Shown: positions 1 through 14,251 of the stretch, in pieces
How the letters are laid out: every line of letters starts with the position of its first letter
How positions within the stretch are numbered: position 1 is the stretch's first letter
DNA from: Amoebidium appalachense
Lineage: Eukaryota > Protista > Ichthyosporea
DNA: 64,000 nucleotides
Direction of reading: 5' to 3'
Assembly: GCA_963693365.1 (NCBI GenBank)
Contig: CAVNZM010000006.1
Span: 2,170,001 to 2,234,000, forward strand
Made by a program: the position numbers and the translations under genes
The notes under the pieces: generated by a model
Database searches by the model: none
Told to the model about the DNA's origin: nothing
What the model saw: only the letters and a program-made list of their open reading frames with translations

Positions 1-69
1 TGTTTGCGGAGTATGTGTGTGCCGGCATGGCAGCCGAAGCCTCTGGTGCTCAGCTGCCCCCTTCCCCCG

Positions 70-117
<48 letters not shown>

Positions 118-846
118 CCCGCCCGCCCCCTTGCTAAACAGTTCTGCTAATCATTACTAATTAGTAGGCAGGCTCAGTCGTTCAAATGGATTTCACGGGA
201 GGCCGCTACCCATGCGAAAACGGAATAAGGCCCCAACAAAATGGTCAAACCAACTCCCCCACCTCCACCCACCCCACCCTGGGATGGAACACAACCACAC
301 CCGCTCCGGCCGCATGCGCATGCATGCACGCGATGCCGACAACTCTCTTTGCAGCGACCGCGTCGGAGTTGTTCTCGACGGATATGACTCACCCATTCGA
401 TCGCATCAAAGTCTCAAACCCGGCCGGTTCCATTTTTGCATTCCGATTCGCACCCCTCCCTTTCCAGGCCGGGGTGATAAGGAGGCCTTGACTGAGGTGG
501 GACACTTTTTCTGGTGCTTTTTCTGTGTAAGAGGGTGTTTGGAGATGGTGTTGGAGTCAGTCTTCAACTTCAGTTTTTTGCAACGTCATGGTGAATATGT
601 GCATTAGTCAGCCTCTATGAAGGCTACTGTATGGTTTTGGTGTTTTCTGGAAAAGCAGGATCTTAGCAGTTAGCCAAACGGTCCGCAGCACCAATTGTAG
701 CATCGTCAGAGTGCGTGGAGAAGCTTGCAGACGACCACGAAAGTCATAGCAAACACGAAGGCACTCACTGGTTCGTAGCGCAGTTTTATGGCTGTTGAAT
801 ATCACATCCACACGATTGCTCGTTCATATTACCATACATCTTCAAG

Positions 847-1367
847 ATGGAGGTGAGCTTGCAAGAGTACGTTCGTCTCACAGACGGAGATCCAGACTCG
901 GCAGAAGAGATCGAACTGCATTCAATGAGTGAATCCGTTCCAGATCTTGAAATAAACCGACAACCATCTACGACGGTGCAAAATACGAAACCATGGCGAC
1001 CGCTATGTTCCCCTTTTGTTCCCAGACGCGTGTTGGTCGCGGGCCTCGTTCTCGTGCTAGTTGCTGCCAGCGTGGTTGGGTACATCGTCTTGAATGCAAG
1101 CAGAAATCACGCGGGATCTTTGGTTGAACCCGAGTCTACAGGTCCGTCTGCGAGCTTTATTGTTGTGGGAGACACTGGCACAGGTGAGCCCCGTTTCAAC
1201 TTCTTTGCGTGATCTGATTTGTTCGTTTGCACGCATCTTGACAGGCAAGGTTGCTCACAGGTACAGCTGTCGCTGTTTCACCCGTGTTAAAGCGGGGGAG
1301 CTGATATAGGGAGAAGGGGGAGGAAGAGGATGGGGGAGAGGGATGTGTGTTGGGGGGGAGCAGCGCG

Positions 1368-1420
<53 letters not shown>

Positions 1421-2250
1421 TGGGACGTGGTAGGGTCGTGGATCTGTGCATCAAGTTCCTTCTGCGAACTGCTTCATACATCTGGAATATGTATATTATG
1501 TGAGTGCCATCGGCACGTACAGGGGATAAGGGCAATGGATCCGGAAGGAGTGTTATGAGACTCCGAACCGTTTTTTCACTTTTTCCCCTTGTTTTTTCTC
1601 CTTTGTGTCTGTCTCATGCCTCTCTGGGTATGTGGGTGGGTGGTTAACAGGGTAAGGCGGGGCAGGGGGGGGGGGGGGGGGGGGGGGAAGGGGGGACAGG
1701 TCGGCCGGTTGGGGGTGGGGGGGGGGGGGGGAGGACTGGGGGTTCAAGTTGAAGGAGGCGGCCTGGGGCCCCGGGGGGGGGGGGGGGGGGGGGGGGAGGG
1801 GAAGTATTTTTTGGCGAGCAGTTCTGTTGCTGTGTCATGTGTTTGCCTTTATGGTGGTTGTAGGTGTCGACACTGTTGACATAATGGTTAACAGCCTGTT
1901 ACCTTTTGCAATTTGTAAGTAGGGTATAGGTGAGATTTTTGAGTATAAATAAGTGTGGAAGTTTGGAGGCTTAGGTTGTGGTGGTGGTGATATTAGGGCG
2001 GGTAGATGGGTTCGTTGGTAGGGAGGGGGGGAGGGGGGGGGGGGGGGGGGGGGGAAGGGGGGATACTGGCTCTTAACTCTTGAGTAGACAGTGAAATGAG
2101 GTTTGGTATAAAAAGGGGCGGGCAGTGACCAGGTGGGGAGCAGGAAGAAGTTTGGTGACAAGGGGTAACACTGGTGGAGGGGGCGGGGAAGGGGATGGGG
2201 GGAGGGTGAAGGGAGGGAAGGATGGGGGGGAAGAGATGGGGGGGGGGGGG

Positions 2251-2289
<39 letters not shown>

Positions 2290-2643
2290 TAGGTCGGTCG
2301 GAAAGGTAAAGCAGGGTGTGGGAGGCATGTGGGGGAACCCTGCTGGCAATGTACCTTCCCCTGCACTGAGTATAGGGGGGAGGGGAGGGGAGGGGAGGGG
2401 GGTTGTGGATACGTAAGAAGGGACGGATTCAACCAGGTGTTCAGATTCAAAATAAAATATCAAACATGAACTGACATCCCCCCCCCTCTTCTCCCCCCCC
2501 CCCACCTCCCCCCCGCCCACCCCCTCCCTCCTCCCCCACCCCTCCTTCCCCTTTCCGAGTGTACCCATGTTCCATCTACCTTCCAATCCACCCATCTATC
2601 TGTTCACGCAGATGCGCCCTTGCACATGAGCACACCACACACC

Positions 2644-2683
<40 letters not shown>

Positions 2684-2702
2684 ACACACAGAGAGAGAGA
2701 GA

Positions 2703-2736
<34 letters not shown>

Positions 2737-2870
2737 TTCTCTTTCCCCTCCTCCGTTCCCTCTCCCCCCCCCCCCCCCCCCCCCCCCCCCTTGCCGCTCC
2801 TTCCGCCCTCATCCTCGACCCTCACCCGTCTTCCCCCATATGCCCACACACACACACATACACATGTCCT

Positions 2871-2901
<31 letters not shown>

Positions 2902-3191
2902 ACCACCACCACCACCATTTCACAGGTGACACCAACCAGTATGCTGTTGCAAAAGCCCTGGTGTCCGTGTGCCAAACACGGAAGTGCGAGTTTGCATTAC
3001 TGCCCGGAGACGTAATTTATGAAGACGGAATTAACGGTGCAAATGATGAGCAAATGCAACGGAAATTCGAAAAACCGTACGAGCAACTCAAATTTCCGTT
3101 TTATGCGATTGCTGGGAACCATGATGTGACGTTGGAGGACCATGGTGATGGGGCAAATCTGGCAAAAGGATCAAATCTGGTATGTTTTAAC

Positions 3192-3227
<36 letters not shown>

Positions 3228-3241
3228 CCGCTGCCCCGGAA

Positions 3242-3272
<31 letters not shown>

Positions 3273-3361
3273 GGGGGGGGGGGGGGGGGTAACCGGCCAT
3301 CGCGCATGAGCATGCACGCACACACACATCCGTGCGTGCGCTCACACATGCACACACACTT

Positions 3362-3395
<34 letters not shown>

Positions 3396-3669
3396 AATCC
3401 CCAACAACGACTGGTCGAGAGGGAAGACGAGAGAGTTCACCCTGTCCATATCATTTGCTCGTCATTTTCCAAGGGTCAAGAATCATACCCACCTTCAGAT
3501 TTCCCCAATTGCCCATTACCCCCCCCCCCCCCCCCCACTCTCTCTCTCTCTCTCTATCTCCCCCCCCCCCCCCCCCAAAAAAAAAAAAAAAAAAAAAAAA
3601 ACCTTTTCAGTTGTCGGTGTGCCTTTGCTGTTGTTGCTGCCTTGTAATATGTCTTTCCCGCTGCTGCCC

Positions 3670-3704
<35 letters not shown>

Positions 3705-4845
3705 ACCAAAAAAAAAAAAAAGACGGTTGCCGGTGTGCCTTTGCTGTTGCTGTCTTGTAATACCAATTCCCGCTGCTGAGTCCCCCCCCCCCCCTTCCCA
3801 ACAACAAAAAAAGAAAGAAAGAAAAAAGCCCACCCACCCACTCCCCATCCCCTTACCACAAAGAAAAATGGAAGGAAAGTCGTGTGTTGCTTTTATTGGG
3901 GTTGCAAATGACAATGGGCAATCTAGATATGATGCACTAGTTATAAGCACGCATTGTTCCTACGATTTTTTGTGCACAACGTTTTTCCTTTATGCCCTGA
4001 CACGCCCTGGTGCATATTGACATCCCCCCCTCCCCTCCCCCCTCCTTCTCCTTTTCCTCTGCCCCCCTCCCCCCTCCCCCCCTCCCGTCTTTTCGTTCCT
4101 TTCCCCACTCACTCTCGACACCTCATCTGCGTCCTCTCCTCCGTTCCGCCTCCCCTCCTTTGTTTTCCTCCCCGCCGTCCTTTCTTTCCCGGCTCCATCC
4201 CTTCCTTCTTTGCCCCCCCCACACCCCAACCCCCCCCACCCCCCCCCCCATCCACTCCAGGTTGCATATGCAAAGAGCGGACTCAGCACTAAATTTGTCA
4301 TGCCAGACCGCTACTATTCCTTCAGTATTCCTGAGGGGGACCCCAGCCCTTTGATCGATTTTGTTGCGCTGGAAACCAACACACTGGTGTGGAAGGAAAA
4401 AGACAAGACGTTCGACTTTGAGAAATTCAACGACAGGCAGAAGGAGGTGGTTCAGGAAAGGTCCGTGGTGTTTTTTTTTTCCGCCTCGTTTTTTTTGGCT
4501 TTTGCTGTGTGTGGCCCAATTTTTGGTTGCATTTTTGCTGGAAAAATGACGCTACATTATGAGATGATATTGTGAGTATGGTCGATGGCATTCATGGGTG
4601 ACCTCTGTGTGTGTATGAGAGGTGGGGTGGGGGGGGGGGGGGGGGGGGGAGCTGTTGTTTTATGTCCAATCACGCGGTCGAAAGAACATGAATTGTTAAT
4701 GAGGTGGCAGGGGAATTGGGGGGGTGAGGGGGTGGGGCTGTTTACTTGCTTTTTGCAAAGAAAGAGGGGGGGTTGAATGCATTCTGTTTACGGTGAGATA
4801 GAAGGGGCCTCTCCTCTTGCACCTTCCCTGCTCACAGTTATCTAG

Positions 4846-4880
<35 letters not shown>

Positions 4881-6270
4881 TTCTTCTCCCCTCCCATCCC
4901 CGCCCCCCTCGTCTAGGTTAGGAAATGAAAATGACTCCCCGGCTCCATGTTCAAGTTGGGAACCCCCCCCCCCCCCCCCCCCCCCTCCCCCCCCCCCCCC
5001 CCAAAAAAAAAACAAAAAAACAAAAAAAAAAACAACAACAGGAGAAGAAGAAGATGAAGAAGAAAAAGAAGAAGAAAGAAGAAGAAGAAGAAAGAGAGAG
5101 AACGAAAGAAAGGAGGGAAGTCATCCCTGTTCACGGTAAGATAGAAGGTTCCTCCCCCCCCCAAAGTCTGATTGAACATTGTTCAGTCAGCCCAATTGCC
5201 AACACGTGTGTGTGTGCATGCAGGCTGGCCTCCAGCAAGGGCACATGGCGAATAGTGTTTGGTCACCACCCATATTTGAGCAACGGCAAGCATGGGAGTG
5301 CTGGCATGTTCCATGACTCAGATGACCCCGAGGAGGAGAGGCACCCCTACAAGTCTGGCATGCTGTTTAAGCGCTGGTTCGAGGAGACGGTACGTGTTGT
5401 TGTTTTTTTTTTTTTTTTTTTTTTTTTTGTTGTTTTTTTGGCCCCAAGTTTTTTTGTGATATAAAAGCTGTGTGTGTTTATGTAGGTTGTGGTCGTGGTC
5501 GTGGGTGCGGCAGTGGGGAGGAGGAAGGAGGGGGGGGGGGGGGGGGGGGGAGGGGGGGGGAGAGGGTGGGGGGGGGGGGGGGGGGGGGGGGGGAGGGGGG
5601 CTTCTTTCCGTACCTCAACCCTTTCAGAGTGTGTAGGCTAGGGAGGCTGGCGGTTAGCGGTTAATTGATAATATCACTAATATAGGGCGTAAGTTACCCT
5701 CACTAATCTTGGATTTGAAAATGTCTTGAAATCAAAAATACCCAAAGAGATCTTCCAGATTACCTTAGCTGACCTATACTTAATGCCTTACCTGACCCAA
5801 AACGGCCGTTTTTCACACGTACTGCTTGTTACCGATGGAGCCCTGCGTTTACAACACTCGGGGGCAGTACTTTCAACACAGAACTCCATGCTATTTTTTC
5901 CCCCTCCTGAAAATCAACCTTAGTAACGTAAAAAATAATGTTAGAATTTTAACAGTATTCGTTCTTCCAGGTGTGTGGCAAGGCAGACATTTACTTTGCC
6001 GGCCACGACCACAGCCTGCAGTGGCTTCTACCGGTTGACACGTGCCCAAAAACACACCACATAGTCAGCGGTGCCGGGGGGAAGACTTCCGAATTAGGAA
6101 AGAAGAAGAGAATAGGCCCATATAAGCCCTATAACTGGCAGGTGGGGGACACGTTGGGGTTTTGGTGGGTGCAGGTGACGAGGGAGAGGATGACTCTCAC
6201 TGTGTTTACTGTTGATGCGGTCAGTGGGGAGGCGAGGGAGCAGTATACAAATCATGTGGATAGGCAGTAG
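847..6270 (+). CDS. Purple acid phosphatase / ACP5-like calcineurin-like metallophosphoesterase with an N-terminal type II membrane anchor, ~418 aa, 5 exons
   Basis: Exons 847-1183, 2926-3179, 4261-4460, 5224-5389 and 5971-6270. All introns are GT-AG with matching phases (1257 nt total). All five PAP metal-ligand motifs are present: GDTG, GDVIY, GNHD, GHHP, GHDH. A hydrophobic segment [21 protein letters not shown] follows a polar N-tail. Confidence 0.92.
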
Positions 6271-6379
6271 GTGCGTTGGTGTGCTGCCTGTTTTTTTTGT
6301 TTTTTTTTTTTGGGAATTTTTTTTTTTTCCCCTCTTTTTATTTTAATTTAATTTTGATTTTATTTTTAATTTTTATTTC

Positions 6380-6410
<31 letters not shown>

Positions 6411-7196
6411 GTTGCCCATGGGTGCTCCGGTTTTTTGGCCGATGTTTTTTCTTGCGTTGAAGTTTAGACGCAACAGGTGATCGATGGTGTTCAAGGAATG
6501 GATCAGATGGTGTTCTCTCTCTTCAGCATACTTGTTGTTAGTGATAACCATTATGTGCGTGTGCGTTTTGGTGGAATGAAGCAAAGGCAGGGAGGCTTTG
6601 TGTGTGAGGTGTTTGTGTCCGCGTGTGTGTGCGCATTTACGTTTGATTGTTGCGGATTGTTTTGATGTTGCTGATTGTGCAGGAAATTAGGCATGGTGAG
6701 CTGCTGATTCAAGCTCGAGGGATGAACATAACACCTTTTGTGAATGTGGCCTGTATTATTATTTTTTAAATTGCTCGAAGGACTAATGGCATTTGCAACT
6801 TAACCCTACCCAGAGTACATATATTTGTCGCTGTATGAGGTGGAGTGAACATAGTAGATTGCAGGATTATGATCGATAGCGATGCATTTAATATTTGGTA
6901 TTTGCCTACGTGTACAAGAAAGTGACTGGCAAGTGAACATACATAACCCCGAACAATGCCTACAGTATGTATACTGTAATAGAGCCTCCCAACTTCTAAT
7001 ACACCCGGGTACGCCACCACCACGGTGACAAATATTATTGACCAATGCGCTGACACGTGAGCGCGGTCAACTTTTTGATTCACCATATATGTGCAAATAG
7101 CAAATAAATAAGCATCTACTTCTTGCTCTTATCAGACTGCGCATGCAGCTCTACCTCCGCTTCTCAAACCATCATCAGACGTTTGTCTTGATTAGA

Positions 7197-7232
<36 letters not shown>

Positions 7233-7990
7233 CGGCTAAGGGAGCACAAAATCATTTACTAAAGCGACTCTGAAAAGCACACGTTTTTCGACAGCTAGCT
7301 TCACACACCCACATTGACTAGCTAACTTGAACATAGAAGAGGGGTATGGATGTGTAGGGTATGAGGGCCATTGCCTGGGCTGGGCCAGAACACAGCGGCC
7401 TGGGGAGAGGACCCCCCCAAGGCCGGGGGGAGACGGGGAGATAAGACTTAATGTATGTAGTTGAAGGAGCTGCGCATAGTCTGTACTATGTAGTATACTG
7501 AAAAGAAAGGGGCTGGCTGGGGTAGGAAAACAAACTCCAGATTTCAGTAGGTGGAACATGGCGTTAAAGGGCGCAGTGTTCGCGGACTTCCGAACCAGGC
7601 ACGTCTTGAAGGTACGTCCCCATTGTGGCAAGATCAGCATCGGGTCGTTCAGAGTTTGCAAGTTGCTTGCCAGTGCACGTGGTGCACGTGTGCTGCAATG
7701 GTGTGCAGTTGCGTAGGTGCGTATATGTGTGCTGTTGTGTGTATTTATGTATGCCTGTCTTTGTGTGTGTATATTTGTTTGCAAGGTGTTAATGTGCACG
7801 GTGGACGTCGCCATCGTTTTTAGTGGATTGCGCAAAGCACGCCATGCCATAATCACGTGTGACACATGAGGTAGTGGTAACCTAGACACCAGTTACCAAC
7901 TTTGGCGTTCCAGCTCCACTAGCTTTGAAGGTCTTATTTTTGTCTGACGTTGATATCCATACCACCAAAATTGCTGTTATAAATCAGTAA

Positions 7991-8364
7991 TTGCAACATC
8001 CTTTGACCTACGAGAGCGATGTGTTTACAGATGGAAAAGTTGGAATCCCTATCATACTTGATGTTCGTGCTGATAATGCTAAACGGGTAACTCTGTGACG
8101 AGCTTTGCCAGGGCCCGTAAATTTCAGCCTGTAACTGAGACTTCAAGTGTCCCAAGTTAGAGTTTTTACTGCTTGCAACATCGTGCTACGAGAGCGATGT
8201 GTTTACAGATGGAAAAGTTGGAATCCCTATCATACTTGATGTTCGTGCTGATAATGCTAAACGGGTAACTCTGTGACGAGCTTTGCCAGGGCCTGTAAAT
8301 TTCAGCCTGTAACTGAGACTTCAAGTGTCCCAACTTAGAGTTTTTACTGCTTGCAACATCGTGC
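7991..8364. repeat. Near-perfect tandem duplication, period ~180 bp (2 copies)
   Basis: The block ctacgagagcgatgtgtttacagatgg...aagtgtcccaa.ttagagtttttactgcttgcaacatc occurs twice. ttgcaacatc recurs at about 7991, 8173 and 8351. Confidence 0.9.
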
Positions 8365-8430
8365 ATGTCTGACTTTGTCTGTGCCACCCTGCACACACAC
8401 CCATATGCATGTTGACATTGGACGGCTATA

Positions 8431-8960
8431 CCGTACCCAAATACCCAAACCCAAACCTGGATTTTAAACCCAGATGTCACGCATCCGGCATGACCGCGCT
8501 TCGCACTGCAAAACAAAAAATGTATACTATAATAAAGCATTATAAAACAAACAAATATTTTGCGTAATAAGATATTTTTTTGAGCCGAAAATGTACTAGA
8601 ATTATGCTTAAATCTTAGTTCTTGGCGTTTTCCTGCTTCTTCTTGTTGTCGCTGAAGATTTGGGTTTGGGCTTGGGAATCTTGAAGACCCCCCCCCCCCC
8701 CCCCCCCCCCTCTTCTAGATTCCTATCCCAAACCCAGATTTTGGAACGTGAAACGCAAATTACCTGCCATATTTGGAAAAGATGTGCTATCAAAGAGGCC
8801 CTTTTCATATAAGATTCAGGTGCTCGATGGTGATCTATGGCAAATCCGACCACGCGATGATTGGTAGCAGATTGAAACGCAATATTTCAATATCCAATCG
8901 ACCGTCAATACTAATATTAAATCTAGGAATCTGGGTTTAGGTTTGGGTTTTTGGGCACGG
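8431..8960. mobile_element. MITE-like non-autonomous element with ~33-bp imperfect terminal inverted repeats
   Basis: The left end ccgtacccaaatacccaaacccaaacctggatt matches the reverse complement of the right end, ccgtgcccaaaaacccaaacctaaacccagatt. cccaaa motifs also occur internally in both orientations. No coding capacity; no target-site duplication identified. Confidence 0.55.
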
Positions 8961-9104
8961 CCCTCTTTTTTTTCAGAGGGTCGTGATTTGGGTGAGGTAT
9001 AGTCGCCCATTAAAGTGGGCGTCATAACCATGTGCGAACCCCGAATAAACTATTCGCCAAATAAGGTAATTTGAATGTTAGGTGCATCACTGCATTTTTC
9101 GTCC

Positions 9105-9175
9105 TAGCCAATCAGCGATTGTGTATTCCGAATTGAATTCAATTCTTTGATTGGTTGATAGGACACCACCAATCA
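9105..9175 (+). promoter_or_regulatory. CCAAT-box cluster upstream of the M20 peptidase gene
   Basis: agccaatcag, gattggtt and ccaatca lie within 70 bp, about 520-590 bp upstream of the ATG at 9692. Promoter function is inferred. Confidence 0.4.
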
Positions 9176-9691
9176 CAACGAGGATCGGATCTGGATATAA
9201 AGAGCGGTTGACTGTTTCCTATGTTTTTCGTTCTCAGTTTTCGTTGTTTTCACAGGTGAGCGTTTCTGTTGTTCTGATTTCCCGAGCTTAGGGTAGCTAT
9301 TGCTACCAAAAATATATTCATAAATGTGAGTGCACAACAGACTATTATATTCCTTGCTGCACGTCATGCCAGCATGTCCGCGCAGAGAAGCTGGTGTGAA
9401 CTTAAAGTACATACTGCTGTTACATCTCTGCAGTGCTGATGTCGATCGGCGTATTACACACGTTTATTTACTCTAGTTAGATCCGACCGATGGAGAGGCT
9501 ACAAACGAGTGGGAGTGGGAAGGGGGAGGGGGGGGAGAAGGGGAGGGGGGAGGGGAGGGCAACTATACCCAGCTTTGGCTTCAAAACCTCCTCTTATACC
9601 ACTTCGAAATTCCCAGTTCTTCGCTGAGTACCGTTACCTTGCCGCTCACCCTCTTTATCCCCTCTTCTTCCCACCCATTCACAGTGCAAAA

Positions 9692-10920
9692 ATGGCGGCC
9701 AACGCAAAGACAATTTACGAGCACGTCGCTGCTGAGTGGGACAAGACAATTGTCCCTGCTCTTGAGGAATACATCCGTATTCCCAACCAGTCACCCCTGT
9801 GAGTCTGCAATCTGCTTGAAAATGGTTGGATTCTAGTTGCTTGGCCATAGTGCGCGGATATACTGTGTTGTCATGGTGGACGACTGACGTGAGTTTATTT
9901 GGGGGAGGGGATAAGTGTTTTTGGAAGGTCTTTTTGTTGGTTGAGGTGATTGAGTTGTGCTTTGCTCGATCGTACGTGTAGCTTACAAGCGAGTCATTGA
10001 TAGACGTGAGCTTGAGTTAGTTGTGATAGAAGAGGAGAAGTTGAAGGGTCAAGCTAAATGCGGTTTATCTGTTGAAGTGGGTAAGGCTAGGTCTGTTCAT
10101 AAGGTACTGGCTCAACATATGATCGAATGAGGGTGAGTGGTGGGTGGATGGGCTGGGGGCCCGGGGGGGGGGGGGGGGGGGGGGGGGGAGGGGGGGGATG
10201 GACAGGCATACTGATGGACTACCATGTCTGAGAAGATGGAGATATGGAGAGGGAGGTTTGGGAGACGGCAGAGTTGGGGGAGGGGAGGGGGCGGGGCCCC
10301 GGGAGGGGGCTGTCTGGAAGGAGATTACTACCACTAACCCACACCTGTGCAGGTTTGACAAGAACTGGGCCACAAATGGATACCAGGACCAGGCCATCGA
10401 CCTGATTGTTGGCTGGTGGGTGCCCAGGCTGCATTTGCCTATGTAGATGATACTCTGTGGGACAGGATTGTTAGTGGTGGGGTAGAAGAGTGCACTTTTT
10501 TCCCCTTTTAGTCGATGTGGGTGTGGGGGGGGGATGGTGGTGAGGGGGTGGGGGGAAGGGTGTAACAGTCGATGGGTGTGTGTGTGTGGGGGGGGGGTGG
10601 GAAGGAGGATAGCACGAGGTCGGAAAAGAGAGGAGAGGGTATTTTATTTTCCGCGCCGCATGGCATACCAACCCCCAGATTGAAGTCTTCACACTTAACA
10701 GTACTATTGTGAAGGGATTTTGAAGACGTCGTTTAGTTTTAGTTTTGTTCAGCAAGGGGTGAAAAATATCTAAACATCAGATGTGGAAAATGTGTGAAGG
10801 AGGAAACTTCTGTGCGAGGGGAACGTTGACGTGGAAAGCCTCGTGTATAACCGCAAAAGATATTCTGCTCATACCTCCCCCTTTTCCATCTCTCGCTCTC
10901 CCTCACGCCCCTCCCCCCGT

Positions 10921-10994
<74 letters not shown>

Positions 10995-11296
10995 CATCAA
11001 TACCACTTCCACCAATACCAACACCACCACTCTCCCCACCTTCCCCACGAACTACTCAAGATGCACACCCCGTATATGTTTCTTGCATATTCACATTACA
11101 ATATCTCTGTGACCCAATGTTTCATACTGCCAACACCCCATTTCAACGTTCTTTCCTCCCCCTCTTTCTCCCGACTGCCCCCCCCCACCCCACCCCTTCC
11201 CATTTCCTCTTCTCTTCTCTCTCTGTTTCCTCTCTCTTTCTCTCTCTCTTTCTCTCTCTCTCTTTCTCCCCTCCCACCTCTCTCTCCCCCTCTCTC

Positions 11297-11358
<62 letters not shown>

Positions 11359-11583
11359 CCTCTTCCTCTCCATCTCCATCTCCCTCCACCTCTTCCTCTT
11401 CCTCTTCCTCTTCCTCTCCCTCTCCCTCCCCCTGTTACAGGGTAAAGAAGCAGGCAGTCAAGGGTCTGCAGGTGGAGGTTATCCGTGAAGCCAACCGCAC
11501 CCCCCTGATCCTCATCGAGGTTCCCCCCACCAACCCTGAATGCAAGGAGTATGTCAACGACTCCCCCCCCTTCACCCCCTGCG

Positions 11584-11616
<33 letters not shown>

Positions 11617-11917
11617 CATCACACAGCACCAGCCCTCCACCCTCTCCCACGGGAAGGTGTTTATCTATTCGTGGTCGCACATCTGAATCACTTTTGTTTG
11701 GTAAATAATAGGGCTCGTATTTGTGTAACACATGTGATCCCCCCCCCTCCCCCCCCCCCCCCCCCCTTCTTCCCCCCCCAAAATCCCTCTTCCCACCCAT
11801 TCCTCCCCTACGACTCTTTCCATCGGCTTAGATTGCGTGAGAGATCGTTATTGATGTGTGTCCCTTGTACACTCATGCACACACGCGCACGCACGTGCGT
11901 GCACACACACACACACA

Positions 11918-11949
<32 letters not shown>

Positions 11950-12188
11950 GGACTGTGATGCTTTACGGGCACATGGACAAGCAGCCTCCCATGGCCGAAA
12001 CCTGGGACTCCAAATTTGGTGGCCCATGGGACCCGGTAAACCCCTTCCCCCCCTCCCCCCTCCCCCCCGTCCCCCTCCGCCCGCATTGGCTCCTCCTCTC
12101 CCTCCGCCTCCTCCCTCCCCCCCCCCCCCCCCCCCCCCCCCTCGTCCCTGGCTCCTCCTCTCCCTCCGCCGCCTCCCCCCCCCCCCCC

Positions 12189-12220
<32 letters not shown>

Positions 12221-12504
12221 CGCCCCCTCCCTCCCACCTCCACCACCACCATCTCCACCACCACTTCCGCACATGCCTCTGCCACTGCCACTGCCATATT
12301 CTTTTCCATTTTTCTTTCTTTCTTTCTTTTTTTTTTTTAAGATGGGGGGGAAAGGGGGGGTGGAGGGATGGGGGGGGGGGAGGGGGGAGGGGGATGTATA
12401 TCTTTCCTGGTTCACCATTGAGCAGGACGCGGGCTTGTCTGCCCAGGCATTTGCACATGCAACAATGCAATACAGGTACATATCACATGTGGACACATAT
12501 CCAG

Positions 12505-12552
<48 letters not shown>

Positions 12553-13093
12553 CGCACGCACACGCACACAGTCAAAGGACATACTAACACCCACCCACCT
12601 GCACCCACAGCGCATCATTGACGGCAAGCTCTATGGCCGTGGTGGTGCCGATGACGGCTATTCGACCTTTGCTGCCGTCACGGCAATTGCTGCCCTCGAG
12701 GCAAACGGTAGACCCCCTGCCCCCCCCCCCCCCCCCCCCCCCGGGCGTAAGTTCCCCCCAGTCACGATACTGAGCTTGACTTGGGCCCCCCCTGAGGACT
12801 CTTGTGTGGTATTCACTCTGCATTGTGTTGTCCGTGGTGAACGTTTACTTCGTACTCCATAACACGCTGTACGCCTTCGCTTCCCTCCTCTCCCCTCCCC
12901 CCTCCTTCTCCCCGTCCCTGTTCCCCTCCCTCCCCCGCCCGTGTGGCAATTTTCCGTGTTGTTTTGATATTCGTTTGTGCACTGCAGTGTTTTTTTCGAT
13001 GTGTGCTGGATTAACTCTGTGCTTCCTACTGTGTTTGTCTTCTCAAATTCCACCCCTCCCCGTACTGCAGCAAGCTCTACCCTTACCAATCCC

Positions 13094-13137
<44 letters not shown>

Positions 13138-14021
13138 CCCGGGCGCCTACCCACCCGCACCGCCCTGGCCTGGCCTGGGCTCTGCACCTCCCTTTCCTCT
13201 TTGGCAGATATATGCTTTTTGGCTAGGTGTTTGTGTGTGTGCTTGTACATGTGTGCATCTGTTCCCGTGATGTGCACCTGACATCTTTTCCCCCCTTTCC
13301 TTTACCTTTCTTTTCTTTTCTTTTTTTTTTCTTTTGGTCCCTTTTTGCATTGTCACAGGTGTTCCACATGCACGGTGTGTTGTGACCATTGAAGCCTGTG
13401 AGGAGAGTGGGAGCAAAGACCTTCCCCACTATGTGGAGGCACTGAAGGACCGCATAGGCACCCCCACCCTGATTGTCTGTCTGGACAGGTGAGATAAATG
13501 TGGGATATCCTGTTGTAATTTCATAAGGCGCTATGGTTGTCTGCCTGGACAGGTGAGATAGTCGTGGGATATGTTGTGATAATTTCATAGGCATCTCTAG
13601 TTGTCTGTCTGGACAGGTGAGATAGTCGTGGGATATGTTGTGGTAATTTCATAGGCATCTCTAGTTGTCTGTCTGGACAGGTGAGATGGTTGTGGGATAT
13701 ACTGTGGTAATTTCATAGCCCACTATGGTCATCTGCCTGAGCAGATGAGATAGTTGTGGGATAGGCTGTGCTGATATCAAAAGGAGATTTAATAGACCTT
13801 CCTGATGCTTGCCGCGACAGGTGAGATAGTTGTAGGATATACTGTTGTGATTTTATAGGCTACTATGGTTGTCTGCCTGGACAGGTTAGATAGTTGTGGG
13901 TTGTAATATGGTAGTTTCATGGGCCGCTCTGGTTGACTGTCTAGACAGGTGGGATAATGCATCAGTACATACACTCACACACACATTATAATGCATCAGT
14001 ACATACACTCACACACACATT

Positions 14022-14103
<82 letters not shown>

Positions 14104-14111
14104 TCACTCCT

Positions 14112-14168
<57 letters not shown>

Positions 14169-14194
14169 TCACTCCACACACACACACATTCACT

Positions 14195-14251
<57 letters not shown>

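Noticed and set aside
7236-7889. 217-aa minus-strand ORF
   Set aside because: No domain motifs, partly CA-repeat derived, and no splice structure.
13473-13955. CRISPR-like array (conserved core with variable sequence between)
   Set aside because: The intervening segments are homologous to each other, the context is a eukaryotic intron, and there are no cas genes.
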